64,000 nt of DNA from Thermoplasmata archaeon (GCA_049300255.1 JBAQJJ010000040.1:74978-138977); one strand, 5' to 3'. Counted from the first letter of the stretch, positions 9,150 through 18,436 are shown. The notes: generated from the sequence alone by a model not told the origin. Translations and numbers: made by a program.

Positions 9150-9391
9150 TGTTTCTCCTCTGTCCAGGTCCTACCCGTAGGTCCAGGACCTAACCGCCTC
9201 ACCCACTGTGGGCTACATAATCCATCTGTCGTCGAGGCAGCGACAGAATTCGCGTGCCGTGACGTGTGGTGGCACGGTTCGCAGCGCGACAAACATTCCA
9301 AAACTACGGTTTTACATCACCCTTTAACCCGGCCCCGCGGCGCCGATTCCTCCGGTTTCTTAATCCGCACGAGTCACATCTTGGGATTTGT

Positions 9392-9955
9392 ATGACCGCT
9401 GCAAAACCGGTTCGCAATCGCAACAAGTCGTTGAGGCGCCGGCCCCGCAAATCTGGGTCTAAGATTCCGAAGGGATTCGTCGGCCGCTCGGGGTCGCCCG
9501 TGTTGGATCGCTATCCGGCGAAAGACCCGAGCCTCGGAGTCAAGGGTCCTCCGCCCCGCACGTCTACCGCCCCTCCGGCTTTGCGCCCGAGCCCTTCCGC
9601 GTCGTCCGTCGCTCCGCCGGAGTCGGGATCCGACACCTCGACTCCTCCATTGAGTCTCATCTCCTTGGAGCGGCCGTTCGATATCGATGAGTTTTCTCAA
9701 CTGCTAGGCGAGACAGCGATTCGGGTAACGGTGCCCCGAGAAGACCTGGCCGACGCCCTCAAGCGTGTCTCGGAGTTCATGGGATTCGGGATCTACATCT
9801 ATTCGATCAAGGTCCGTCCGGGAGCCTCGGACTTGTTGAAGGAGTTCGTAGTCGAACTCCAGCGTGTGGACTTCAATTCACAGAAGGGAGACTGGGTACC
9901 CTTCGAAGACAAGGGCGCTTCGGACTCCCCCTTTGGTCCGACCGGGCGGCGTTAG
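9392..9955 (+). CDS. Hypothetical protein with a Lys/Arg-rich N-terminus, a Pro/Ser-rich linker and a C-terminal globular domain.
   Basis: ORF 9266–9955. The internal ATG at 9392 (MTAAKPVRNRNK...) avoids overlap with the upstream divergent promoter region. No family recognised. Confidence 0.35.
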   Translation: MTAAKPVRNRNKSLRRRPRKSGSKIPKGFVGRSGSPVLDRYPAKDPSLGVKGPPPRTSTAPPALRPSPSASSVAPPESGSDTSTPPLSLISLERPFDIDEFSQLLGETAIRVTVPREDLADALKRVSEFMGFGIYIYSIKVRPGASDLLKEFVVELQRVDFNSQKGDWVPFEDKGASDSPFGPTGRR

Positions 9956-10046
9956 GGCCTCTCGCGACGTTGCGGGTCGCAGCCGCGGGGCATCACCTAA
10001 GTAGTTCGGACCTGTCCACCCCCCCATCCGTAGGAAGGTTCGGAGT

Positions 10047-10265
10047 ATGACCGATACAGCGGCGATGGAATCGGAAATCCGGGCGTTGCGCGAAGAGATG
10101 CGGCAGATGCGCGAAGAACAACGCGAGCTTGTACGCGCCGTCGAGCAGTTGACCCAGACATTCCGTAACCTGGCCGTTCATCTCGGGATCGCGGCCGAGC
10201 CGTACGCCAAATCCGGTAAAGGGGAGAAGGGGAAGACGGACCACGAGATCCCCGGCTTTGCGTAA
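10047..10265 (+). CDS. Small coiled-coil protein of 72 aa.
   Basis: 'ESEIRALREEMRQMREEQRELVRAVEQL' is a heptad-like charged helix, followed by a Gly/Lys tail. Weak call. Confidence 0.3.
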   Translation: MTDTAAMESEIRALREEMRQMREEQRELVRAVEQLTQTFRNLAVHLGIAAEPYAKSGKGEKGKTDHEIPGFA

Positions 10266-10350
10266 AGCGGTCGGCTTCCGTCATCGCAGTGGGTATCGTT
10301 ATGGTTCCCGCCCACTCTCCGAGCGCTCGATAAATATCCGGTGAGGTAGT

Positions 10351-12147
10351 TTGCACTCAGTTGGGATTCGCTACGGAGTCGCCGTCGAGGACCCGAAGTC
10401 CCATATCGCGCAGTTTACCATCGATATTTCGGGGATTGCCAGCGACTCCGTCGACCTCGTCCTTCCATCGTGGATTCCGGGTTCGTATCATATCGTCGAC
10501 CCGGCGCGCCAGGTCCTCGAGCTGACCGCTGCGACGGATCCCGGCGGCGAATCCCTCCAAGTGGAGCGGCGGGACAAGGCGCGGTGGCGCATTCCCTTGG
10601 TCGGCAACCCCCAGGTCCACGTCCGCTACTCGGTGTACGGGCGCCGCCCGGAGACCGATGCCCTCGACGTCACGGATGAGCATCTCTTCCTCAACGCCGG
10701 TCGATTCCTCCCGTACGTGGACGGTCGCAAGGAAGAGCCCGTGGAGGTGGCGATCCACGTCCCCGACGATTGGAAGATCATCACAGAACTTCGCGAGGTG
10801 GGCAAGCAACCGTTCCGATGCCGAGCCGATAACTACGACGACCTGGTCGATAACCCGATCGACTGCGGTACGCCCGTGCTACTCGAGACTCGTCCGCTCG
10901 GGATCCCGCATCGGATCGTCCTGTGCGGTCACGGCGGGAATTACGAGCCGCATCGACTGGAGGAAGACATCGGCAAGATGGTTGAGGCTACTATCAAACT
11001 GTTCGGCGACTCCCCGATCTCACACTACACCTTCTTCTATCACCTCAACGACGTTTCCGATGGCGGCCTGGAGCATCGGTTTTCCACCTCCATCGTCCTG
11101 CCGCGCTCGACGTTCAAGCCGGAGGCAAGCTACCTGCGATTCCTCTCGGTCACGGCGCATGAGTACTTTCATCTCTACAACGTGAAACGGATCCGGCCCA
11201 CGGTGCTCGGCCCGTTCGATTACACGCGCGAGAACTACACGAAGCTCCTCTGGGCCATGGAGGGGACCACCGACTACTTCAGCGATCTGATCCTCCGGCG
11301 AGCGGGCCTCGTCTCCAACTCGAAGTTTCTCGATCGATGCGCGGAGAGCATCCGAGTCTATCAGACGATCCCGGGCCGCCGCCTCCGCAGCCTCGAAGAG
11401 GCATCGTTGCTCTCGTGGATCGATCTGTACGGGCCGGACGAGGATACGATCAATCGTAGCGTCTCCTACTATCGAAAGGGTGCGCTCGTCTCGATGTGTC
11501 TGGACCTCGAGATCCGGACGCGGACCGAGAACCGATCCTCGCTGGAGCAGGTATTCCGCCACTTGTGGGAAGAATATGGCAAACGTGACCGCGGGATCGG
11601 AGAGGATGACCTCCTCCCCATCATGAATCACGTCACGGGACTCGACCTGGGAACTTTCTTTGCGCGGTACGTAGCGGGAACGGACGAGGTCGATTTCGAC
11701 CACTTTGCCCGGATGGCCGGTCTTTCGTTTGCGCCCAAGCCGAAGCCCCCGGACGCCGACGAGGAGGGAGAGGCCGGTTACCTAGGGGTGCTCTTCGAGG
11801 AGCACGATCGACGCCCCCGATTGACTCACGTTCTCTCAGACGGCCCCGGTCGGCGGGCCGGCCTTTCCCCTCGCGATGAGATCGTCGCCATGAACGGCGA
11901 GCGGGTCTCGCATGACGGGTTCGCGAAACTCCTCCGGCGCTTCCCGCCGGGCGCCTCAGTCGAGGTTACCCTCTTTCGCCGAGGCTGGCTCATGTCTCGC
12001 ACCGTCACCATGGGAAAGAGCCCGCCGGAGAAGTATTCGTTCGTTCCGGTCGGCGAGGCGACCGCGCTCCAGAAGAGCGTCTACGAGGCGTGGACCGGAA
12101 CCCGTTGGGAGCCGTCGAAGCCCCCCGGGAATGAGATCCCTCACTGA
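10351..12147 (+). CDS. M61 family glycyl aminopeptidase with a C-terminal PDZ domain.
   Basis: Zinc motif 'HEYFHLYNVKR' (HExxH). 'GGLEHRFSTS' and 'MEGTTDYFSDL' are blocks typical of peptidase M61. C-terminal 'DGPGRRAGLSPRDEIVAMNGERV' is PDZ-like. A TTG start is implied by the ORF track. Confidence 0.6.
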   Translation: MHSVGIRYGVAVEDPKSHIAQFTIDISGIASDSVDLVLPSWIPGSYHIVDPARQVLELTAATDPGGESLQVERRDKARWRIPLVGNPQVHVRYSVYGRRPETDALDVTDEHLFLNAGRFLPYVDGRKEEPVEVAIHVPDDWKIITELREVGKQPFRCRADNYDDLVDNPIDCGTPVLLETRPLGIPHRIVLCGHGGNYEPHRLEEDIGKMVEATIKLFGDSPISHYTFFYHLNDVSDGGLEHRFSTSIVLPRSTFKPEASYLRFLSVTAHEYFHLYNVKRIRPTVLGPFDYTRENYTKLLWAMEGTTDYFSDLILRRAGLVSNSKFLDRCAESIRVYQTIPGRRLRSLEEASLLSWIDLYGPDEDTINRSVSYYRKGALVSMCLDLEIRTRTENRSSLEQVFRHLWEEYGKRDRGIGEDDLLPIMNHVTGLDLGTFFARYVAGTDEVDFDHFARMAGLSFAPKPKPPDADEEGEAGYLGVLFEEHDRRPRLTHVLSDGPGRRAGLSPRDEIVAMNGERVSHDGFAKLLRRFPPGASVEVTLFRRGWLMSRTVTMGKSPPEKYSFVPVGEATALQKSVYEAWTGTRWEPSKPPGNEIPH

Positions 12148-13406
12148 GGCGGCGCCCACCGTTCCAACGACGGTTGCGTGCCGGCGTCGGAACGCGAATC
12201 GAACGGGACCGCTTTTCGGCCGTACCGCCACTCGCCTTCCATCGCATACAGGCGGCGCAGCCGACTCCCAACCTGATCCCCGATCTCCAACCTACCGGGT
12301 GGGGCATCCGATACCTGTAGGGTCACTCGAATGCCGGGGGCGAGTTCGACCAGTACCACTTGATAGCCTCCTGTTAGCTCCACTTGGGAGTCAAACTCCG
12401 TGGGCTGGCCACCGGGACCGATCGTGGTCGAGGCGACGATCGTTCCTCCGTCGCGCGGGAGTCCTTCGGGCACCATGCCGTGCGCGTCGTAGCATCGTGG
12501 GCAGATCGTTCGCGGTGGCAAGGCGTACGCCCCACAAGCCGAGCATCGTGAGGCTTCGAATTTCCAACGGCTGGGAAGGTTCTCGATATAGCGAGCGCGG
12601 GGCACGTACGCTCCTTCGGAGACGGAGTGGGTGGGTCGATCGAACGACCGGCGCCACACATCGTCCGTTACCATCACGCCCGCTCCGGGAATCTCTCCGA
12701 AGGCGCCGAGCCATGCGACCTCACCATCTCGTTGGAGAGTCAGTCGGTTGGTGGAGCGCGTTGTGCGATCCTCCAGCCCTCCCGTCGCTCCGTTTGCAAG
12801 TTTTCGACCGAGTCGGTGAATTCCGAGACCCGGGCCCAGGGTCGGCGCGTTGCCCCAACCGGGAAGAGCTCGGGATGCGTCCTCCTGGTTGGACGAGGCT
12901 CGGCCGGGGGAGGCAGGAATGGAATCCATCAGTCGCAGCGTAGCCTGATCGCTATCACTAGACGCCGAACCCAAGGGGACATTCGTCGTTTCGAGGGGCA
13001 GAATTCCGGCGCCCTCGGCTAGGTGGAAGGCGAGCGCTCCCCCGCCGAACGACGGGAGGATGAGATCCTGGGTGGGGGTCGCCACCTCTGCCGCTACAAC
13101 GACGGTAGGGGCGGGATCGGACGTCGTCTGCGCCGCCGCGACAAGGGCGCGGAATAGCCCCTCGCTCCCCGACGGATACCGTTCTAGGACCAACCCCTCT
13201 GAATCGAGATACGACTGAAATCCCCAGTCGGCGACGGGGGAAAATTCCCCGATCAGATAGAGTCGCGAGGGAGGCGTGGCAGACCGAGCTAGACCCTCCA
13301 GCGCGGCGATCGCCAGCGTGAAAGTATCTTCGTCGGGACCAGGCACCCGAAGATCCCCCAGCTGGTAGGCGGGGAGGATAGCTATTGCCCGATTGATCGA
13401 CCGCAT
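12141..13406 (-). CDS. DUF35 (Zn-ribbon + OB-fold) scaffold protein fused to an N-terminal degenerate thiolase-fold / HMG-CoA-synthase-like region.
   Basis: C-terminal 'CSACGAYALPPRTICPRCYD' zinc ribbon followed by an OB-like 'GGYQVVLVELAPGIRVTLQV'. This is the DUF35 architecture that partners archaeal thiolase/HMGCS. The N-terminal approximately 240 aa ('AIAILPAYQLGDLRV', 'DEDTFTLAIAALEGLA', 'RLYLIGEF') resemble the start of condensing enzymes, but no catalytic Cys is visible ('PSGSEG'). Confidence 0.45.
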   Translation of the reverse strand: MRSINRAIAILPAYQLGDLRVPGPDEDTFTLAIAALEGLARSATPPSRLYLIGEFSPVADWGFQSYLDSEGLVLERYPSGSEGLFRALVAAAQTTSDPAPTVVVAAEVATPTQDLILPSFGGGALAFHLAEGAGILPLETTNVPLGSASSDSDQATLRLMDSIPASPGRASSNQEDASRALPGWGNAPTLGPGLGIHRLGRKLANGATGGLEDRTTRSTNRLTLQRDGEVAWLGAFGEIPGAGVMVTDDVWRRSFDRPTHSVSEGAYVPRARYIENLPSRWKFEASRCSACGAYALPPRTICPRCYDAHGMVPEGLPRDGGTIVASTTIGPGGQPTEFDSQVELTGGYQVVLVELAPGIRVTLQVSDAPPGRLEIGDQVGSRLRRLYAMEGEWRYGRKAVPFDSRSDAGTQPSLERWAPPQ

Positions 13407-13411
13407 CGGCG

Positions 13412-14578
13412 CTACTCGCGGGAGAACAGCGTGACGGTCGCGCTCGCTCCCGCACCTCCGACGTTGTGGGTAAGCGCCCGCTCGGCCCCCGCGATCTGAC
13501 GCGGCCCGGCGGCGGCTCGGAGCTGGACGAACGCTTCGTACGCTTGGCTGGCCCCGGTCGCACCGATCGGGTGACCCTTGGACTTGAGCCCTCCGTCCGG
13601 GTTGACGGGGAGCGCTCCTTCCCGACGCGTCGCACCCTGCAGCGTCAGGTCGGCCGCGCCACCGGGGGCTGCGAAACCCAGGTCCTCTATCGCGATCAGC
13701 TCGGCAATCGTGAAGCAGTCGTGTACCTCCAGGAACGAAACGGACTTCCGTTCGAACGGCGCCGATCGGAACGCGGCCTCCGCCGCCCGGCGGGTCGCCC
13801 GGAAGCTGGTCAGGCGCTCACGCTCTTGGACGGCCAGGGAATCCGAGGCTGCACCGGTCCCGACGATTGACACCGGCGAGTCCGTAAATTGGTGAGCACG
13901 CTCCGCCCCGGTGATCAGCAACGCGACCGCCCCATCCGAGACCGGACAGCAATCGAGCAATCCCAGCGGGTCCGCCACGCGCGGAGCGCGCAGAACCTCC
14001 TCGCGTCGGATCCGCTTCTGGAACTGCGCATTTGGATTCAGCGCCCCGTTGTCGTGATTCTTTACCGCAACCTCGGCCAACGCTTCGCGGGAAACTCCGA
14101 ACTCTTCGAGGTAACGAGACGCGATGAGTCCATAGACGCCCGCAAAGGTGAGACCCGCTAACCGCTCCCACTCGGTGTCGCCGGAAACGCCCAGCCAATA
14201 GCGTCGCCGAGCCGACGACACATCCGTCATCTTCTCCAGACCGACGACCAGCGCGACCCGGCATCGGCCCGTTGCCACCGCGGCCACCGCTGCGCGCAAC
14301 GCGTAGCCAGCGGAGGCACACGCGTTCTCGATCCGCGTGACGGGAATCCCGGGCAGTTGGGCTTCTTCCGCCAAGATGGCGGACGCGTTCCCGATCTGCC
14401 ATCCCGAAAATCCCAGCGTGGCCAGAAATCCTTCGTCGATCTCCGATCGGTCGATTCCTTTGTCCACGCTCGCAAACGCGGCCTCCACCGAAGCTCGGAT
14501 CAGCGCCCGAGGTCCCTCCGCCAGGACTCCGAACTTGGTATGTCCCGCTCCGATCAACGCCGCTTGTCGCGCCCGCAT
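13412..14578 (-). CDS. Acetyl-CoA C-acetyltransferase (archaeal thiolase).
   Basis: 'NACASAGYALRAAVAAVATG' is the active-site Cys region. The C-terminal 'GHPIGATGASQAYE' and 'NVGGAGASATVTLFSRE' match the thiolase C-terminal domain. 5 bp upstream of the DUF35 gene. Confidence 0.7.
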   Translation of the reverse strand: MRARQAALIGAGHTKFGVLAEGPRALIRASVEAAFASVDKGIDRSEIDEGFLATLGFSGWQIGNASAILAEEAQLPGIPVTRIENACASAGYALRAAVAAVATGRCRVALVVGLEKMTDVSSARRRYWLGVSGDTEWERLAGLTFAGVYGLIASRYLEEFGVSREALAEVAVKNHDNGALNPNAQFQKRIRREEVLRAPRVADPLGLLDCCPVSDGAVALLITGAERAHQFTDSPVSIVGTGAASDSLAVQERERLTSFRATRRAAEAAFRSAPFERKSVSFLEVHDCFTIAELIAIEDLGFAAPGGAADLTLQGATRREGALPVNPDGGLKSKGHPIGATGASQAYEAFVQLRAAAGPRQIAGAERALTHNVGGAGASATVTLFSRE

Positions 14579-14614
14579 TCTATCGCTTCCCGAACGTTCT
14601 TAACGGGCCTACGG

Positions 14615-15220
14615 TTGAACTCTATTAAGCCCGGGGGAAGAAAATTGCCCAAAGCCCTCCCCATCGTCGTCGGCGTGTCGGGAGCCAGTGGGGCCCCGAT
14701 CGCACTGGCCGTGCTTCGGGGGTTACATAACGCCCACGTGCCCGTCTCCCTAGTGATCTCTCACGGGGCCGCGGCCGTCCTGAAGGAAGAGTGCGGGATG
14801 CAACCGTCGGACCTCGAACGCTATGCCCGGCGTACGTTCGCTGACGACGATCTCGGAGCCCCCCTCGCCAGTGGCTCGAACCTCACGCGCGGGATGGTAA
14901 TCGTCCCTTGCTCGTCCAATACGCTCGCACGGGTCGCGCTCGGCCTGGGGGACACGTTGTTGACTCGGGCCGCCCAAGTGCATCTTAAGGAACACCGCCC
15001 CTTGGTCGTCGTGCCGCGGGAGACCCCGTTGAATCCTCTCCTCCTGCGGCACATGACCACCCTCGCGGAGCTGGGAGTCGTCGTGCTCATCGCGTCCCCG
15101 GGTTACTACACCCACCCCCGGAGTGTGGACGAGATGACCAATTTCGTGGCGGGGCGCGTGCTGGACCAGTGGGGAATCACCCATCACCTGTACCCTCGGT
15201 GGAAGGCAGGGGAATCGTGA
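14615..15220 (+). CDS. ubiX: UbiX-family flavin prenyltransferase (prenylated-FMN synthase).
   Basis: 'LPIVVGVSGASGAPIALAVLRGL' is the flavoprotein P-loop. 'MVIVPCSSNTLARVALG' is the conserved UbiX/Pad1 block. Start taken at an in-frame TTG (14615 or 14645) downstream of the thiolase stop on the other strand. Confidence 0.65.
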   Translation: MNSIKPGGRKLPKALPIVVGVSGASGAPIALAVLRGLHNAHVPVSLVISHGAAAVLKEECGMQPSDLERYARRTFADDDLGAPLASGSNLTRGMVIVPCSSNTLARVALGLGDTLLTRAAQVHLKEHRPLVVVPRETPLNPLLLRHMTTLAELGVVVLIASPGYYTHPRSVDEMTNFVAGRVLDQWGITHHLYPRWKAGES

Positions 15221-15762
15221 CGAGCGATCGAACGCGTCGGATTCGAGAGTGGTTCCCGACCCCGTTGGTCGGCATCGTGGCGTTGCTCGTCGCCCTGATC
15301 CTGCTGACGCCCAATCTGCTGACCAATGGATCGCCTCCGGCCGGATCGATCCTGGCTCAGGCCGAGCTGATCGTCGACCGTGCCCCGCAGAGCCACGTCC
15401 CGCTGAGCTTCTATGTGCGGGGACTCTCGCTCGTACGCTACTCCAGCATTAACGTGAGCCTGGCTACGAACTACAACTGGTCCCAATCGACTCCCGTCTC
15501 GGATCTCCGTTGGACGAACTGGACGAACGAAAGTTACACGCTGATCCTGGCCGCCTCGACCTTCTCCAATCCGGTCGTCCTCAACCTAACCGTGACGTAC
15601 ACTTCTTCCGGGTACGAGGTGTTCACGGGTTTGATCGCGTTCTGGGTGAGCGGTTCGAATCTGTTAGCCCGATCGCTCAGTTCGGAAGTCGCAGCGCCGG
15701 GCTCGACGGCGCTTTCCGCGCTACCGCTCACGCTTCTTTTAGGGATCGTTACGGTGGTCTGA
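15217..15762 (+). CDS. Membrane-anchored/secreted hypothetical protein. N-terminal TM helix, an Asn/Ser/Thr-rich ectodomain with several N-x-S/T sequons, and a C-terminal hydrophobic segment.
   Basis: ORF 15169–15762. The GTG at 15217 overlaps the UbiX stop (GTGA). 'LVGIVALLVALILL' TM helix. 'NVSLATNYNWSQSTPVSDLRWTNWTNESYT' carries the sequons. Confidence 0.35.
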   Translation: MTSDRTRRIREWFPTPLVGIVALLVALILLTPNLLTNGSPPAGSILAQAELIVDRAPQSHVPLSFYVRGLSLVRYSSINVSLATNYNWSQSTPVSDLRWTNWTNESYTLILAASTFSNPVVLNLTVTYTSSGYEVFTGLIAFWVSGSNLLARSLSSEVAAPGSTALSALPLTLLLGIVTVV

Positions 15763-15767
15763 CGAAC

Positions 15768-16139
15768 ATGAAGGCGTCTCGGGTCGCGCTCGTACTCTGG
15801 GCGGCATTGATCGTCATCCTGCTGCTCGTGGAGATCGCGGAGATCACCCACACCTTTACGCTGCCGATCGCCTCAGCGATCGGCGATCCGTTGGCGTTCG
15901 TTTTTGCGCTCGTCTTCACGACCATTCTCGCCATGGTCGGAGCCATTTTTATTGGCGTGTACGTCTCGCAGCGCATGCAGTACGTGTCCGGATTCACTCC
16001 GTTCGAAGAAGAGATGCTGAAGATGCGCTCCGATGTCCGCGAGGTCAAGAACGAGCTCGCCGAACTGCGAACCGAATTCGGGAACGGAACGGCGAAGCAC
16101 GCCCCGCCCGCCCAAACGGAGACCCCTGGACGGCCATGA
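15768..16139 (+). CDS. Small membrane protein (2–3 TM helices) with a C-terminal coiled segment.
   Basis: ATG at 15768 within the longer ORF. 'VALVLWAALIVILLLV' and 'LAFVFALVFTTILAMVGAIFIGV' are the helices. Stop overlaps the next gene's start (ATGA). Confidence 0.35.
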   Translation: MKASRVALVLWAALIVILLLVEIAEITHTFTLPIASAIGDPLAFVFALVFTTILAMVGAIFIGVYVSQRMQYVSGFTPFEEEMLKMRSDVREVKNELAELRTEFGNGTAKHAPPAQTETPGRP

Positions 16140-16702
16140 AGATCCCGGTGCTCGATAATGGGGGTCAGTGGACCCACCGCGAATATCGGGTGCTCCGCGA
16201 CCTGGACGTGGAGACCCGGATCCTACCGAACACGACGCCGCTCGAGGAGCTCGATGCCGATGGGGTCGTGCTCTCCGGTGGAGCGCTGTCGATGGAAGGG
16301 GCGGACCACGACCTCGGCCGAGTCGCCGACTGGATCGACAAGGCCCCGTTTCCTGTGCTCGGAATATGCGTCGGGCATCAGTTCTTGGGACGACATTTTG
16401 GGGGCCGCGTAGCGCACGCGGCGGCTCCCGAATTCGGACGCGTGGCCCTTACGGTCGACCGCTCGGATCACCCGCTCTTCCAGGGACTTCCTCCGCAGTT
16501 GCAGGTATGGGCGAGCCACAACGACGCCGTGGTCGAGTTACCCCCCGGCTGGACTACGCTCGCGCATTCCGCCGCCTGCCCGATCGAAGCGATGGCCCAC
16601 CCCACTCGACCCATCTTCGGCGTCCAGTTTCACCCGGAAGTAGAGCACACCGAAGGAGGACGGGAAATCCTGCGTCACTTTGCCGAGCTTTGCCAGCGAT
16701 GA
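16136..16702 (+). CDS. guaA: GMP synthase, glutamine amidotransferase subunit (archaeal split GuaA subunit A).
   Basis: Class-I GATase triad context 'VLGICVGHQFL' and 'GVQFHPEVEHT'. Length 188 aa is typical of the stand-alone archaeal subunit. Confidence 0.7.
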   Translation: MKIPVLDNGGQWTHREYRVLRDLDVETRILPNTTPLEELDADGVVLSGGALSMEGADHDLGRVADWIDKAPFPVLGICVGHQFLGRHFGGRVAHAAAPEFGRVALTVDRSDHPLFQGLPPQLQVWASHNDAVVELPPGWTTLAHSAACPIEAMAHPTRPIFGVQFHPEVEHTEGGREILRHFAELCQR

Positions 16703-16741
16703 GCCGCACGGGCGAACGATAAGTAGAGTCTCCCGCTCCGT

Positions 16742-18319
16742 TTGGGGGGGGCGAACGAATTGCGGTCGCGGCGCGCCTCCGGGGTCCGGGAAGGAGACCT
16801 GATCCGTCGGGCCAAGGCGCTGCGCCAGTCGGTCGATTCGTTACTGCCCACGTTGACCCCGGAGTGCGAGACCGACCGTTTCGACCGATTGCGGGGAGCG
16901 CTCGAAAAAGTCCGCGACGCCAAAGACGACGCGAAGCAACTCGAGCGCATGAGCCGTTGGGGAGATCCGATGGCACGCTCGTATGCCGGATTGCTCAAGT
17001 TCCAACTCGACCCGCCCGAGACTCCCGGAATGCTGGTCGCGCGTTTCCCGATGGGGGACATCCCGTTCGCCCCGCTCGCCCGGTCCCCGAAGGAGATCGA
17101 GATTGCGGTCCAAGAATCCGACGATCCGCATCGGCTCCTGCTCGGGTATCTGGGATGGGCGCGTAAGGGGTTCCACTTTTTCGCGACCAACACGACCCTC
17201 TATTGCACGGGTCGCTCTCCGAAACCTCCCGCCGAGTTCGTTCGATCGCAGCTCGCGATCCTCCCGTATCGACTCACAGAAGATTCAGCCCATCACCGGT
17301 ACGAATGCGGGCACCTCCGGGCGGGGGAAGCCCGGCCATACGTCGAAGTCGACTGGGTCGGGGCGGGCTCCGCGATCCGCGTCTGTCGCAAGTGTACGAA
17401 AGAGGACCGCCAGCTCCTCGCGAGCTTGACCGATGGAATCGCGGTTCCAAAACCCGACCGCGCCTTTCCCGCCACCGCTTCGCTCAACGTGCACTGTCAT
17501 GGCGGGCCGAACTGCGTGCATCAACAGCTGCCCGATCCGTCCCGCGGCCTCCGAAAGCGGTACCTCTTCGGCCGACTTTCGGACGCCCAGTTCATCGATG
17601 CGTATCGCAACGAACTCAAGCCGAGGATCGAGGGTACCCGCACGCCCACCTTCGTGGCCGCAGGCGTGTGCTACGGGGCCGAGCTGGAGAAATTCCTCGA
17701 TGCACTAGGCCCCACGGTCGTCGAGCGGAAGGCGCTCGAGGAAGTGCTCGGCCAGCGTGATGGGCTGTTCGAGATCGATGAACCGTCCGCCAGCCGGGCA
17801 TTGGAGAAGCTTTGGCACGACCACGCGGAGACCATCGTGGCGGCGATCGTTCCCGACCCCGAAGCTGCCCAGCGGCTCGTCCGGGAGGCCAAGGCGGCGC
17901 CGGGCCGGATCGCAGAGATCTTGAAGCGCGCACAGAAACAGAACGTCGACCGCGCGGTTCTGGATGCCCTCCCCCGGTACAGTCATCTCGTTCCCGAGGC
18001 TGCTTACGTCGACCGCGTGGCCCGGATGTATCGAACTCACGGCGGGGCGGCGGCGGAGAAGCAATTGATCCAGACCCTTCCCAAGGAAGGTAAGGAGCGA
18101 GGACTCGCCTTTGGACTGCTGGCTGCGCTGGGTCGAGAACCGGCCCACTCTTGGCAGTTCACGGATACCGAGCGAGAGTTCGGTACGGCCCTCGCCGCGA
18201 AGTCTCGGGAGGTGCTCAATGGCCCTGCGGAGAGCTATCACGACGCACTCGGACGCTTGTTCGCGGCCGCCGGTGTCACCGATTGGGGGGTCGAAGTCCC
18301 CTCGTCGGCCGCTGCCTGA
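16742..18319 (+). CDS. Large hypothetical protein of 525 aa with Cys/His clusters.
   Basis: Long ORF. 'HRYECGHLRAG...AIRVCRKCTKE...LNVHCHGGPNCVHQQ' suggests metal-binding clusters. No family recognised. Confidence 0.4.
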   Translation: MGGANELRSRRASGVREGDLIRRAKALRQSVDSLLPTLTPECETDRFDRLRGALEKVRDAKDDAKQLERMSRWGDPMARSYAGLLKFQLDPPETPGMLVARFPMGDIPFAPLARSPKEIEIAVQESDDPHRLLLGYLGWARKGFHFFATNTTLYCTGRSPKPPAEFVRSQLAILPYRLTEDSAHHRYECGHLRAGEARPYVEVDWVGAGSAIRVCRKCTKEDRQLLASLTDGIAVPKPDRAFPATASLNVHCHGGPNCVHQQLPDPSRGLRKRYLFGRLSDAQFIDAYRNELKPRIEGTRTPTFVAAGVCYGAELEKFLDALGPTVVERKALEEVLGQRDGLFEIDEPSASRALEKLWHDHAETIVAAIVPDPEAAQRLVREAKAAPGRIAEILKRAQKQNVDRAVLDALPRYSHLVPEAAYVDRVARMYRTHGGAAAEKQLIQTLPKEGKERGLAFGLLAALGREPAHSWQFTDTEREFGTALAAKSREVLNGPAESYHDALGRLFAAAGVTDWGVEVPSSAAA

Positions 18320-18436
18320 GGACGATTCGGCCGTGGCGCGGCTCACACAAATGAGACGCAGTCGGAAATAGGAGGAGAATCATCCTCACACGGGGGGACG
18401 AGCCTCCGGGTCCTTGGCGAAGCCCCCACGGTCCTC

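Noticed and set aside
7380-9395. 671-aa ORF on the + strand.
   Set aside because: It is entirely antisense to the 569-aa radical-SAM gene, which has clear catalytic motifs. Its translation is Arg/Asp-rich low complexity, typical of a spurious high-GC shadow ORF.
12141-13406. Calling the N-terminal region of the DUF35 fusion a functional HMG-CoA synthase.
   Set aside because: It is only about 240 aa (HMGCS is about 350) and the position expected to carry the catalytic Cys reads Ser/Gly. Treated as a degenerate thiolase-fold remnant pending structure prediction.
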